In this document: positions 40,573-49,541 of the stretch, one piece after another
How positions within the stretch are numbered: the stretch's first letter is position 1
Layout of the letters: every line of letters begins with the position of its first letter
Origin: an uncultured Gemmatimonadaceae bacterium
GTDB taxonomy: Bacteria > Gemmatimonadota > Gemmatimonadetes > Gemmatimonadales > Gemmatimonadaceae
Length of the DNA stretch: 64,000 nt
Direction: 5' to 3'
NCBI GenBank assembly: GCA_963822945.1
Contig: CAWGJO010000024.1
Location: 123,995-187,994, forward strand
Notes under the pieces: generated by a model
Databases searched by the model: none
Seen by the model: only the letters and a program-made list of their open reading frames with translations
What the model was told of the DNA's origin: nothing
Made by a program: the position numbers and the translations under genes

Positions 40573-42287
40573 GCCGCCCCTCCCCGGCGCGCCTTGTTCA
40601 CCGCGTTGCGAACCACCACGTCCTTCTCTGCCGTCGCCCGCCCCAGACTCTCCTGCGCGCTGATCGTGTTGATGCGGCCGAGGGCCATGGCAGCGCACGC
40701 GCGCACTTCCGGATCCTCGCGGCGCCCCAAAAATCCCTTCCCATTGAGGATGCCGTCCAGATACGGCACCGCGCTGTCGGCGGAGAGGATGCCGTACGCC
40801 TCGAAGAAGGCCACCTTCTCCGTGAGGTCGGCGTCGCGGAGTGCCTTCCCCTTGACCGCGCTCTCCACGCGCGGCAGCACGGGCCGGTACCCGCGCGTGG
40901 CCAGCACGCGCACCGCCGTCACCCGCGTGTCACGGTCGCCGTCGGTCACCCACGGTTCCAGCGCCTGCAGCGCACCCGCCGATCCGATCTCGCCGAGCGC
41001 CTGCACACACGCCAGCCGCATCTCCGGATCGGCGGCCGGCATCACACGGGCAATGGCGGCGACTCCCGCCTGAATCTTGAGCGCGCCGGCCCGCCGCACC
41101 GCTTCCAGCGCCACCGACCGTTCCTCCGCCTGGATCAGCTTGACCAGTTGGGCGGTGTTGGCGGCCGTCAGCCGGGACGCCGCCTGCTCCAGCATCGGAC
41201 GCAACCGCTGGTTCTGCAGGCGCCCCAGCCACAAGAAGATCGTGCCCAGGGCCTCGGGTCTCAGTTGCGCGAAAAGCTCCGTCAGGTCGGCCACCGGGGG
41301 AGGATCGGTGCTCTCGTCGAGGGCCAGCAGCAGCTGTCCCAGGGGATCGGGCTGGCTCAGCCGCGCCGGAATCTGCGTCAGCCGCTCCCGATGCTCCGTC
41401 GTCACGTCCTTGCCCCGTTCAGCCGCCACCGCTGACTCGCGGAGCAGATAGGCCACCGTCCGGAGATGCCCCCCGGCCAGCAAATAGAGCATCAGGGTCT
41501 CGAGGAGGTCGGCGACCTCGTTCCGCACGGCCGTGTCCGCCTGCGCTTCGAAGATGTCGAACAGCGTGGCGGCGATCGACTGGCGCAGGTCGGTGGCGTA
41601 CTCGCGGGTGATCTCTCCCTGCAGGTACTCGATTTCCCCCTCGTCCAGGAAGTAGAGCGTGGAATCGAAGTCGGCCATGTTGACCACGTCGATCGCCGAT
41701 TCCTCGGTGGTGTCGGCGGCGGTGCCGGCATTCGCGGCCCGGACCTCCTCCGGCGACAGCGGGCGCGGGGGCTCTCCCCCGTCCTCCAGGGGCGCCGCCG
41801 ATTCCAAGCCCAGATCGACGTACCGATACCGCAGGCACAGGAAGTCCTGCTCCCAGAGCAGGGCCAGCAGATCGTCGTCGTCGGGCGACGCCTTGCGCAC
41901 GCGCTGGAGGATGGTGAGCAGCTTCACCAACTCCGCGTCCTCGAATCCTTTGAGGAGCGTCAACTCCCGGACGCCGTCCTTGTAGAACAGCCACGGCACA
42001 CTGTCCGAGGTCTTCTCGCTCTCCTGCATGACCGGATGCTCGCACCAGAGCACCTGGGTCTCCGTGAACGTGAGAACCAGCTCGTCGGTCTCCTCCCACA
42101 CGGGCGCAAACGCGCCCCGGACCGTGTCGATGGCGGCCTTGTAGATGGGGTTGTTCGGGAGATATAGCTGGTGGGCCCGGAGGGCCTTCACGAACGACCG
42201 GAGCAATTCCTCGACCGAGGTGCTCGGGAACGGAAGGTCAGGCAGCTCCGCCTGGTCGCTGCTATCTCGCTGGATCGGCGCTGTCAC
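40569..42287 (-). CDS. HEAT-repeat protein
   Basis: C-terminal repeats ([51 protein letters not shown]); GTGA overlap with the trpB stop. Confidence 0.88.
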   Translation of the reverse strand: MTAPIQRDSSDQAELPDLPFPSTSVEELLRSFVKALRAHQLYLPNNPIYKAAIDTVRGAFAPVWEETDELVLTFTETQVLWCEHPVMQESEKTSDSVPWLFYKDGVRELTLLKGFEDAELVKLLTILQRVRKASPDDDDLLALLWEQDFLCLRYRYVDLGLESAAPLEDGGEPPRPLSPEEVRAANAGTAADTTEESAIDVVNMADFDSTLYFLDEGEIEYLQGEITREYATDLRQSIAATLFDIFEAQADTAVRNEVADLLETLMLYLLAGGHLRTVAYLLRESAVAAERGKDVTTEHRERLTQIPARLSQPDPLGQLLLALDESTDPPPVADLTELFAQLRPEALGTIFLWLGRLQNQRLRPMLEQAASRLTAANTAQLVKLIQAEERSVALEAVRRAGALKIQAGVAAIARVMPAADPEMRLACVQALGEIGSAGALQALEPWVTDGDRDTRVTAVRVLATRGYRPVLPRVESAVKGKALRDADLTEKVAFFEAYGILSADSAVPYLDGILNGKGFLGRREDPEVRACAAMALGRINTISAQESLGRATAEKDVVVRNAVNKARRGGAA

Positions 42288-43471
42288 GCCCCCAAGATAC
42301 CCATTTCCATAACTTGCGCCACATCCTTGTCGCCGCGTCCGCTGACGCACACCAAGATGGTCGCATCCGGCGACCAGCGGCCAACTTGCGATTCGATCCA
42401 GGCGACCGCGTGGGCCGACTCCAACGCCGGGATCACGCCTTCCAGCCGGGCCAGCGAACCGAAGCCGTGCAGCGCCTGGTCATCGGTCACCGACACGTAC
42501 GTCGCGCGTCCGGAGTCCTTGAGAAACGCATGCTCCGGCCCCACCCCCGGATAGTCCAACCCCGCCGACACCGAATGGGCAGGATGCACCTGGCCGGCCG
42601 CGTCCTGCAGCAGGTAGCTGAGCGTCCCGTGCAGCACGCCGGGACGCCCCTGCGCCAGCGACGCCGAATGCCGCCCGGTGTCCAACCCCTCTCCGGCTGC
42701 TTCGACCCCCACCAACTCCACCCCCGGATCGTCCACGAAGGCGTGAAAGATGCCGATCGCGTTGGAGCCGCCGCCCACGCAGGCGACCACCGTCGTCGGC
42801 AGCGCGCCCGTGCGCTCGAGGACCTGCGCCCGCGCCTCGCGCCCGATGACCGCCTGAAAGTCGCGGACCATGCGGGGATACGGCGCCGGCCCCACCACCG
42901 AGCCGATGATGTAATGGCTCGTGCGAACCGTCGTGACCCAATCGCGGATCGCCTCGGTGGTGGCGTCCTTCAGGGTGCGCGTGCCGCTGGACACGGGCAC
43001 CACCTCGGCGCCCAGCAACCGCATTCGGTACACGTTCAGGGCCTGGCGCCGCATGTCCTCCTCGCCCATGTATACCACGCACTCGAGGCCGAACCGCGCG
43101 CACACCGTTGCCGTGGCCACGCCGTGCTGGCCGGCGCCGGTTTCGGCGATGATTCGTTTCTTGCCCATGCGCAGCGCCAGCAGCGCCTGCCCCACCGTGT
43201 TGTTGATCTTGTGCGCCCCGGTGTGGTTCAGGTCCTCGCGCTTGAGAAGCACCCGCGCTCCCACCCGCTGCGAGAATCGCGGCGCCTCGCTCAGCGGCGA
43301 CGGCCGGCCGACGTAGTCGCTCAGCATCGTATCCAACTCGGAGCGGAAGGCCGCGTCGGCCATCGCCTCGTCGAATGCCCGGTCCAGTTCATCCAACGCC
43401 GGAATGAGCGTTTCCGGGACGTACCGTCCGCCGAACGCGCCGAACCGGCCGGCCACCTGCTCTGCTGTCAT
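42284..43471 (-). CDS. trpB: Tryptophan synthase beta chain
   Basis: [50 protein letters not shown]. Confidence 0.99.
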   Translation of the reverse strand: MTAEQVAGRFGAFGGRYVPETLIPALDELDRAFDEAMADAAFRSELDTMLSDYVGRPSPLSEAPRFSQRVGARVLLKREDLNHTGAHKINNTVGQALLALRMGKKRIIAETGAGQHGVATATVCARFGLECVVYMGEEDMRRQALNVYRMRLLGAEVVPVSSGTRTLKDATTEAIRDWVTTVRTSHYIIGSVVGPAPYPRMVRDFQAVIGREARAQVLERTGALPTTVVACVGGGSNAIGIFHAFVDDPGVELVGVEAAGEGLDTGRHSASLAQGRPGVLHGTLSYLLQDAAGQVHPAHSVSAGLDYPGVGPEHAFLKDSGRATYVSVTDDQALHGFGSLARLEGVIPALESAHAVAWIESQVGRWSPDATILVCVSGRGDKDVAQVMEMGILGA

Positions 43472-44124
43472 CGTGTGCCCTCGACAGAACGTACGGCATC
43501 CCGGAACGCGCGCATGCGCGCCGGGTCCTTGATCCCCACCTGGCTCTCGATCCCGGACGAGACATCAACGATGTCGGGGCGCAGGGCGGTCACCGCCCGC
43601 GCCACGTTCTCGGGCCGCAGGCCGCCCGCCAACACCAACCCGGCGCGGCCCCCCGAGCGCACCGCCGCTACGGGACCGGACAGCGCCTCCCACGAAAGCG
43701 CGACCCCGGTCCCGCCCAGTGCCCCCTCGACCTTCGCGTCCAGTACCACGGCGTCGGCCGTCGCGAACAATTCCCCGGACCGTACGGGAAGTTCCGTACC
43801 GGCCACGCGAAGCACCACCCAGATGGCCCGCTCCCAGTCCCGCCGGAGCGACGCGACATCCTCGGCGGTGGCGTCGCCGTGCAGTTGGATCGCCCCGAGG
43901 CCCAGCGCCCGGGCTCGCGCGGCGATCACCCCCGACGGTTCGCGGCCGAAGACGCCCACTCGATCCACACCCGGCGGCAGCGCGGAGAAGATCGTGGCCG
44001 CACGCGATTCGTCCTGCCGCCGCGGCCCACCGGCGAACACCACCCCCACGTAGCGGGCACCGGCCGCCGCGGCCTCACGCGCATCCTCGGCCCGCGTCAT
44101 GCCGCAGAACTTGATCTCAACCAC
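43468..44124 (-). CDS. trpF: Phosphoribosylanthranilate isomerase
   Basis: [31 protein letters not shown]. Confidence 0.96.
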   Translation of the reverse strand: MVEIKFCGMTRAEDAREAAAAGARYVGVVFAGGPRRQDESRAATIFSALPPGVDRVGVFGREPSGVIAARARALGLGAIQLHGDATAEDVASLRRDWERAIWVVLRVAGTELPVRSGELFATADAVVLDAKVEGALGGTGVALSWEALSGPVAAVRSGGRAGLVLAGGLRPENVARAVTALRPDIVDVSSGIESQVGIKDPARMRAFRDAVRSVEGTR

Positions 44125-44941
44125 GCACGGCCCCCGACCGGGGTACCCCGGCGAGCTGCCGCACCGCCGCCGTCGGGTCGGATGCCGCCGAGATCGCCGA
44201 GCCCACGAGCACCGCGTCCGCGCCACTGGCCGCGGCATGGGCGACGTCCACCGGCGTGGCGATGCCGCTCTCCCAGACGGCCACCACGTCGGCCGGGATC
44301 CGGGGCATGAGCGCCTCCGCCACGGCGACATCCACTTCGAGCGTCTCCAGGTTCCGGCAATTGACGCCCACGACACGAGCGCCGGCGTCGAGTGCCCGGC
44401 CCAGCTCGTCGGGGGTCCGCACCTCGACCAGCGACTCCAACCCGACCGATGCGGCCACCGATACGAGGCGCGGCAGCACCGCCGGTTCGAGCGCCCTGGC
44501 GATGAGCAGCACCGCCGACGCGCCCAGCAGGCGGGCCTCGAAGATCTGCACTGCGTCTAGGTGGAAGTCTTTCTTCAGCAATGGAATACCGACGCGACTT
44601 CTCACACTTTCGAGATCGGCTGCCGAGCCGTCGAAGTGCAGCGGCTCGGTGAGCACCGAGATGGCGGCGGCGCCGCCGGCCTCGTACGCGGCCGCTTGGG
44701 CCGCCGCGTCCAGGCCGGGATTGATGCTGCCCTTGGACGGCGAGCGGCGCTTCACTTCCGCGATCACCCGCACCGTCGGGCCGCGAAGTGCGGGCGCGAA
44801 GGCCGCGATGCCGGGCGCCGCCCCGAGCGCCGCTTCCAGCTCGCCGCGCCGGCCACGGAGCGCGATCACACGTTCCATTGTCTGGCCGACAATCGTCCCG
44901 AGTGTGCCGCCGGGCGGAGTCCAGGAAGAATTTCCTTGCAC
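44117..44941 (-). CDS. trpC: Indole-3-glycerol phosphate synthase
   Basis: IAEVKRRSPSKG, ISVLTE, KDF, GVNCRNL, ESGI. Confidence 0.97.
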   Translation of the reverse strand: MQGNSSWTPPGGTLGTIVGQTMERVIALRGRRGELEAALGAAPGIAAFAPALRGPTVRVIAEVKRRSPSKGSINPGLDAAAQAAAYEAGGAAAISVLTEPLHFDGSAADLESVRSRVGIPLLKKDFHLDAVQIFEARLLGASAVLLIARALEPAVLPRLVSVAASVGLESLVEVRTPDELGRALDAGARVVGVNCRNLETLEVDVAVAEALMPRIPADVVAVWESGIATPVDVAHAAASGADAVLVGSAISAASDPTAAVRQLAGVPRSGAVRG

Positions 44942-44984
44942 TTCGGTTCCTGTTCGGTTAAGCTGATTTCGGTAGTTCTTCGGG
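44936..44984 (+). promoter_or_regulatory. lexA promoter overlapped by two TTCGG-N6-TTCGG direct-repeat pairs (candidate SOS boxes)
   Basis: TTGCAC (44936-44941), 17-bp spacer, TAAGCT (44959-44964); TTCGG at 44942, 44953, 44968 and 44979. Confidence 0.78.
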
Positions 44985-45032
44985 ACCGGCGCCTGTGGGC
45001 GCCGCGCTCATCCGCACAACGAGGTTCACCGC

Positions 45033-45641
45033 ATGCCGCTCACGAAACGCCAGCGCGAGATACTAACCTATCTGACCGCGCATACCGAACACCACGGGTA
45101 CGCGCCGAGTTTCGAGGAAATCGCCGAACATTTCCATTTCAGTTCGCTGGCGACGGTGCACGAGCATCTGAGCAACCTCGAGCGGAAGGGCTACATCCGG
45201 CGGACGTACAACGAGAGCCGGGCCATCGAGATTCTCCCTTCCGACGCCGTTGGCCGGGCCATCGAGCTGCCCCTGCTCGGCGCGGTTGCGGCCGGCTCGC
45301 CCATCGAAGCCATCGAGCACAATGAGACGATCACGGTCCCCGAGACTCTGATCCGCCGGTCGGGCGACCACTACGTGCTGCGGGTGCGTGGGAACTCGAT
45401 GATCGACGAGCAGATCCGCGACGGCGACTTCGTCGTGGTGAACGAACGCCCGCGTGCCGACAACGGCGAGACGGTCATCGCGCTGATCGACGGCACGGCC
45501 GCCACGGTCAAGAAGTTCTACCGTGAGCGGGACGGGCGCGTGCGCCTGCAGCCGGCCAATGAGACGATGGCGCCGATCTACGTCAACGAGAACGACATCC
45601 GCATCCAGGGTGTCGTCGTTGGCGTGATGCGCCGGTACTAG
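45033..45641 (+). CDS. lexA: SOS repressor LexA
   Basis: LTKRQREIL wHTH, VAAG cleavage site, GNSM catalytic Ser, TVKK catalytic Lys. Confidence 0.98.
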   Translation: MPLTKRQREILTYLTAHTEHHGYAPSFEEIAEHFHFSSLATVHEHLSNLERKGYIRRTYNESRAIEILPSDAVGRAIELPLLGAVAAGSPIEAIEHNETITVPETLIRRSGDHYVLRVRGNSMIDEQIRDGDFVVVNERPRADNGETVIALIDGTAATVKKFYRERDGRVRLQPANETMAPIYVNENDIRIQGVVVGVMRRY

Positions 45642-46681
45642 GCCGGCCGGCCGAACGCCAGGCGCAGGCGTTCGAGCGCGGCGACGCCGGCACGCGAGCG
45701 CACGGCCTCTCGCGCCCGGTCCACGCCTTCCGCATACGACGCCGCGGCGCCCGCCACGTAGAGCGCGGCCGCCGCATTCAGCACCACGGCGGCGGTGGCC
45801 CCCGGCGATCCCTTCCCTTCGAGCACGCTGAGCACGGCGTGCGCGTTGGCGGATGGTGACCCGCCGGCCAGTTCGGCCGGGGTGGCGCCGCCCATGCCCA
45901 GCTTCGCGGGGTCGATGGACCACTCCGTGATCGTCCCATCTCGCACTTCGCGCACGTGCGTGGGACCCAGCGGGGAGATCTCGTCCATCCCGGCGCCATG
46001 CACGACGAGGGCGTGGTGCGTGCCGAGCTCGGCGAGCGCCGCGGCCAGAAGCGGCGCCCGGTCGGCGTCGCCCACCCCGATCACCTGCCGCCCCGCCCGG
46101 GCCGGGTTGGCCAGGGGCCCGACGATATTCATCACTGTGGGAATGCCCAACTCACGTCGCACCGGCCCCACGTGCCGCATGGCCGGATGCATGAGGGGGG
46201 CGAACATGAAGACGATGCCCGCCTCGCGGAGCGCGCGCTCCATGACCGGCACCGGCACGTCGATCTTCACCCCCAGCGCCTCCAGCACGTCGGCGCTGCC
46301 GCACTGGGTGGTGAACGAGCGGTTTCCGTGCTTGGCGATCCGGACGCCGGCACCGGCCGCCAACAGTGCCGCGGCGGTGGAGATATTGAACGTCGGAATG
46401 GTGCCCCCGCCGGTGCCGCACGTGTCGACCAGCGATTCGGGATGCTCCGCCGCCAGCGGAACCATGACCCGCTGAAGCGCGCGCACCACGGCCGCCACCT
46501 CAGCCCCCGTCTCGCCCTTCACGCGCAACCCCACGAGCAGCGCCGCCACCTGGGCCGGCGTGGCATCGCCCGCCATGACCCGGTCGAATGCCGCCGTCAA
46601 CTCTTCGGGCGTCGGGGCGGACGCCATGGCCAGTCGATGAATTACGGTGCGGAGCGGGTCGGCAGCCCCCGTGCTAGCCAC
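45638..46681 (-). CDS. trpD: Anthranilate phosphoribosyltransferase
   Basis: DTCGTGG, FNIST, KHGNRS, GSADVLE, GPLANP. Confidence 0.97.
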   Translation of the reverse strand: MASTGAADPLRTVIHRLAMASAPTPEELTAAFDRVMAGDATPAQVAALLVGLRVKGETGAEVAAVVRALQRVMVPLAAEHPESLVDTCGTGGGTIPTFNISTAAALLAAGAGVRIAKHGNRSFTTQCGSADVLEALGVKIDVPVPVMERALREAGIVFMFAPLMHPAMRHVGPVRRELGIPTVMNIVGPLANPARAGRQVIGVGDADRAPLLAAALAELGTHHALVVHGAGMDEISPLGPTHVREVRDGTITEWSIDPAKLGMGGATPAELAGGSPSANAHAVLSVLEGKGSPGATAAVVLNAAAALYVAGAAASYAEGVDRAREAVRSRAGVAALERLRLAFGRPA

Positions 46682-47975
46682 TCATGGTCTCCGCGAGCCG
46701 TTCCGGGAGCCGGGCGTTGGTGGCGACCAGGGCAATGACGAGCGCCAGAAGACGCATGCGCTCCAGGTCGTCGTCCACGAAGACTCCGGCCAGGCGACGG
46801 TTGGTCAGATTCACCACACCCACCAACTGCTCGTGGTAGACCAGCGGGAAGCTCAGGAAGGACCCGGTGGTATAGTAGGCGTCCTTCATCAGCGGGTGTT
46901 CCCGGGCCTCACTCACGTCCTGCACCAGGATGGGCTCCCGCGTGGCGGCCACCCGGCCCGCGATGCCGGTGCCGATGGCGACCCGCTTGCCTTCGGTGAC
47001 GTTGGGAGCGATCCCGCGCGCGGCCGCCAGGTAGAGCAGATCCTCCCCGGGCACGCGCAGCATCAGGGAGCACCGCTCGACGTTCATGTCGTCGCCGACC
47101 AGCGCCAGCAGGCCTTCGACCAGCTCGCGCGGGGCTTCGGTCGAAGCATCGAGCGTCAGCACGCGCTCGATGAGATACAGCGTGCGTGTCTTCTGCCGCA
47201 GCTGCTCGCTGCGCCGATGCAATTCCACGTGCGCCTTTTCGAGTTGTTCCACCGCGGAGCCGATGGTGGCCTCGACCGCATCGGCCCGACGGGCCGCCCG
47301 GCGTGCCTCTTCACGGGCCTGCGCCAACTCGCGCTCGAGCGCCACGGTGCGACTGTGGTCGTCGGCGGCGGCATATTCGCCCGTTGCGCGCAGCAGTTGC
47401 TGGCCGAGGTCGGTCAGCTTCCGTTCGTACTCGCCGTGCACCCGTTGCGTCACGTCCTCCAGCGTCTGCACGGCTTCCTGGCGAGCCTCGCTCTCCAGAA
47501 AGCGTCCGTAGGCGAGTTCGAACAGTGCCACGGCCGGCTGGAAGCGCTCGGACGTGCGGGTGCCGAAGATCTTTCGCGGCTCGAACAACGCCAGGATGCC
47601 CGACAGGCCGCCCTCGAATATCATCCCCTTCATGGACAGGTACCCACCGTCGGCGATCTCGGGCATGCTGAGCATGCGGACGATCTCGGCCGAGTGGTCG
47701 CCGAAATCGACGAACGTGCTGCCCGTGGTGAGGGCGACCCGTTCCCGGGTCGGCAGGTGATCGAGCGTCGTGTCGATGCTGCGCGTGTCGACCCCGTCCG
47801 GCCGCGCCAGCCGCCGCTCGCGCATCAGCGCCCGGCGCGCGTCGTACGTGATCAGCGCCACGTGGGCGGTGCGGTCGAGTTCGGCGAGGCCGTCCGCGAG
47901 CGCGACGAGCGCGGCGTCCAGGTCGGACGCCGCGGTGAGGGCATGGGCGAGAGAGGCGAGAGTGCGCGGAGGCAT
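46674..47975 (-). CDS. GAF-domain protein with central coiled coil and no output domain
   Basis: C-terminal GAF (GIAGRVA...SFLSFPL...VGVVNL); about 110-aa coiled coil; possible degenerate GAF at the N-terminus. Confidence 0.82.
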   Translation of the reverse strand: MPPRTLASLAHALTAASDLDAALVALADGLAELDRTAHVALITYDARRALMRERRLARPDGVDTRSIDTTLDHLPTRERVALTTGSTFVDFGDHSAEIVRMLSMPEIADGGYLSMKGMIFEGGLSGILALFEPRKIFGTRTSERFQPAVALFELAYGRFLESEARQEAVQTLEDVTQRVHGEYERKLTDLGQQLLRATGEYAAADDHSRTVALERELAQAREEARRAARRADAVEATIGSAVEQLEKAHVELHRRSEQLRQKTRTLYLIERVLTLDASTEAPRELVEGLLALVGDDMNVERCSLMLRVPGEDLLYLAAARGIAPNVTEGKRVAIGTGIAGRVAATREPILVQDVSEAREHPLMKDAYYTTGSFLSFPLVYHEQLVGVVNLTNRRLAGVFVDDDLERMRLLALVIALVATNARLPERLAETMSG

Positions 47976-48076
47976 GGTTTGGGGGCGCCGCCGCGTGGAT
48001 TTCCGCGTCGGCGCGAACCGGCGAAATGTGAGCGTGTACGTCGAACAATGTCAATCGCTTGCGGCGTGGTAATTGC

Positions 48077-48104
48077 TTGACTTCATTCCGCGCGCTGGTA
48101 GGTT
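48077..48104 (+). promoter_or_regulatory. truA promoter (probably leaderless)
   Basis: TTGACT, 16-bp spacer, TAGGTT preceded by TGn, ending 7 nt before the ATG. A divergent TTGACA lies on the minus strand at 48054-48049. Confidence 0.65.
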
Positions 48105-48111
48105 TCTCGCA

Positions 48112-48882
48112 ATGGCGGAGCGCACTGTGCAGCTCGTGTTGCACTATGACGGCTCGGGGTTCAGCGGATGGCAGCGGCAGCCCGACCAGCGCACCGTTCA
48201 AGGTGTCGTGGAAGCAGCACTCGAGCGCCTGTGCAGCACGCCCGTGGGGGTGCTGGGCGCGGGTCGGACCGATGCGGGGGTACACGCCCGAGGCCAGGCG
48301 GCCGGGGTACACGTCCCCGCGAAGTGGGATCCACCTGCGCTTCGGCGGGCGCTCAACGCGGTGCTTCCGCCGGACGTCTGGGTCGCCGCGGCGCACGAGA
48401 TGCGCGCCGACTTTCACGCCCGGTACAGCGCGGTTGCGCGTCGATACACCTATTATGTCGGGACGGATGAAGAAGCCGACTCACCATTTCGCCGCCGGTA
48501 CGAACTCGCCGTCCGGCGCCCCATCGACCGGGGCGTCCTGGAGACGGTCAGCCGCCGGTTGGTCGGCATCCACGGGTTCCGGGCGTTCGCCGTCCGCGGC
48601 ACGGCCCCGGAAGACGACGATCATCGCTGCGAGGTCCGCCTCGCGCGCTGGCGGGACCGCCCCGGCGGCGTCGCCTTCGAGATCGAGGCCAACCGCTTCC
48701 TGCATCACATGGTGAGATTTCTCGTCGGCACGATGCTCGACATCGCCACCGGGCGCCGTCCGGCGGACGACCTGGCGATGCTCCTCGACGCCATGGACAA
48801 TCGCGACGTGTCGCCGCCGGCGGCGGCGCATGCGCTGTTCCTGGACGCCGTGACCTACCCCTCCGACCTGTACCTGTCATGA
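48112..48882 (+). CDS. truA: tRNA pseudouridine(38-40) synthase
   Basis: YDGSGFSGWQ, AGRTDAGVHA, FHARY, FLHHMVR. Confidence 0.97.
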   Translation: MAERTVQLVLHYDGSGFSGWQRQPDQRTVQGVVEAALERLCSTPVGVLGAGRTDAGVHARGQAAGVHVPAKWDPPALRRALNAVLPPDVWVAAAHEMRADFHARYSAVARRYTYYVGTDEEADSPFRRRYELAVRRPIDRGVLETVSRRLVGIHGFRAFAVRGTAPEDDDHRCEVRLARWRDRPGGVAFEIEANRFLHHMVRFLVGTMLDIATGRRPADDLAMLLDAMDNRDVSPPAAAHALFLDAVTYPSDLYLS

Positions 48883-49541
48883 AACTCCTTCTCGCCACCG
48901 CGGACCTCGACGAAATCCGCTGGGCGGCGACCAACGGGCTGCTCGATGGGGTGCTCACCACGCCGGCCCTGCTCCGTGCGGTGGGCGTCGAGGACGACCG
49001 GCATCGCATCGACGAGATCTGCCGCCTGAGCCCGACGCCGGTGTACGTCGCGGTCCACGCGGTGACCGGCGACGACATCTATCGCGACGCGCGCGACCTG
49101 GCGCGCCTCTCCGACCAGATCATCGTGCAGGTGCCGCTGGTGGAGGACGCTTTCGGCGCCATGCACCGGCTGCACGCCGACGGGGTGCGGATTGCGGCGA
49201 TGCTGGTGTTCAACGCCGCGCAGGCGCTGCTGGCCGCCAAGGCGGGGGCCTCGACCGTGGTGACACCCCTCGACCAGCTCGACGCCGTGGGCCACAGTGG
49301 CGGCGAGGTGGTGCGCGAGCTGCGACGCGTGTTCGACGCCTCGCGCACCGAGTGCGACATCCTCGCCGTGCGCCCGACCACGGCCCAGCAGTTCTCCGAG
49401 TCCGCGCTCGCCGGCGCCGACGGCGTGGCGATCGCGCCCGATGTGCTCCGGTCGCTGCTCCTGCACCCGCTGACCGATCGCGGCATCGACCAGTTTCTCA
49501 ACGACGTCTCCCGGCACCATGGAGGATGGAGTCAATCATGA
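48879..49541 (+). CDS. Transaldolase/FSA-family homologue lacking catalytic residues
   Basis: Scaffold recognisable (TADLDEI, GLLDGV, LVFNAAQALLAAKAGA, HPLTDRGIDQF) but VKIP reads VQVP. Confidence 0.88.
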   Translation: MKLLLATADLDEIRWAATNGLLDGVLTTPALLRAVGVEDDRHRIDEICRLSPTPVYVAVHAVTGDDIYRDARDLARLSDQIIVQVPLVEDAFGAMHRLHADGVRIAAMLVFNAAQALLAAKAGASTVVTPLDQLDAVGHSGGEVVRELRRVFDASRTECDILAVRPTTAQQFSESALAGADGVAIAPDVLRSLLLHPLTDRGIDQFLNDVSRHHGGWSQS

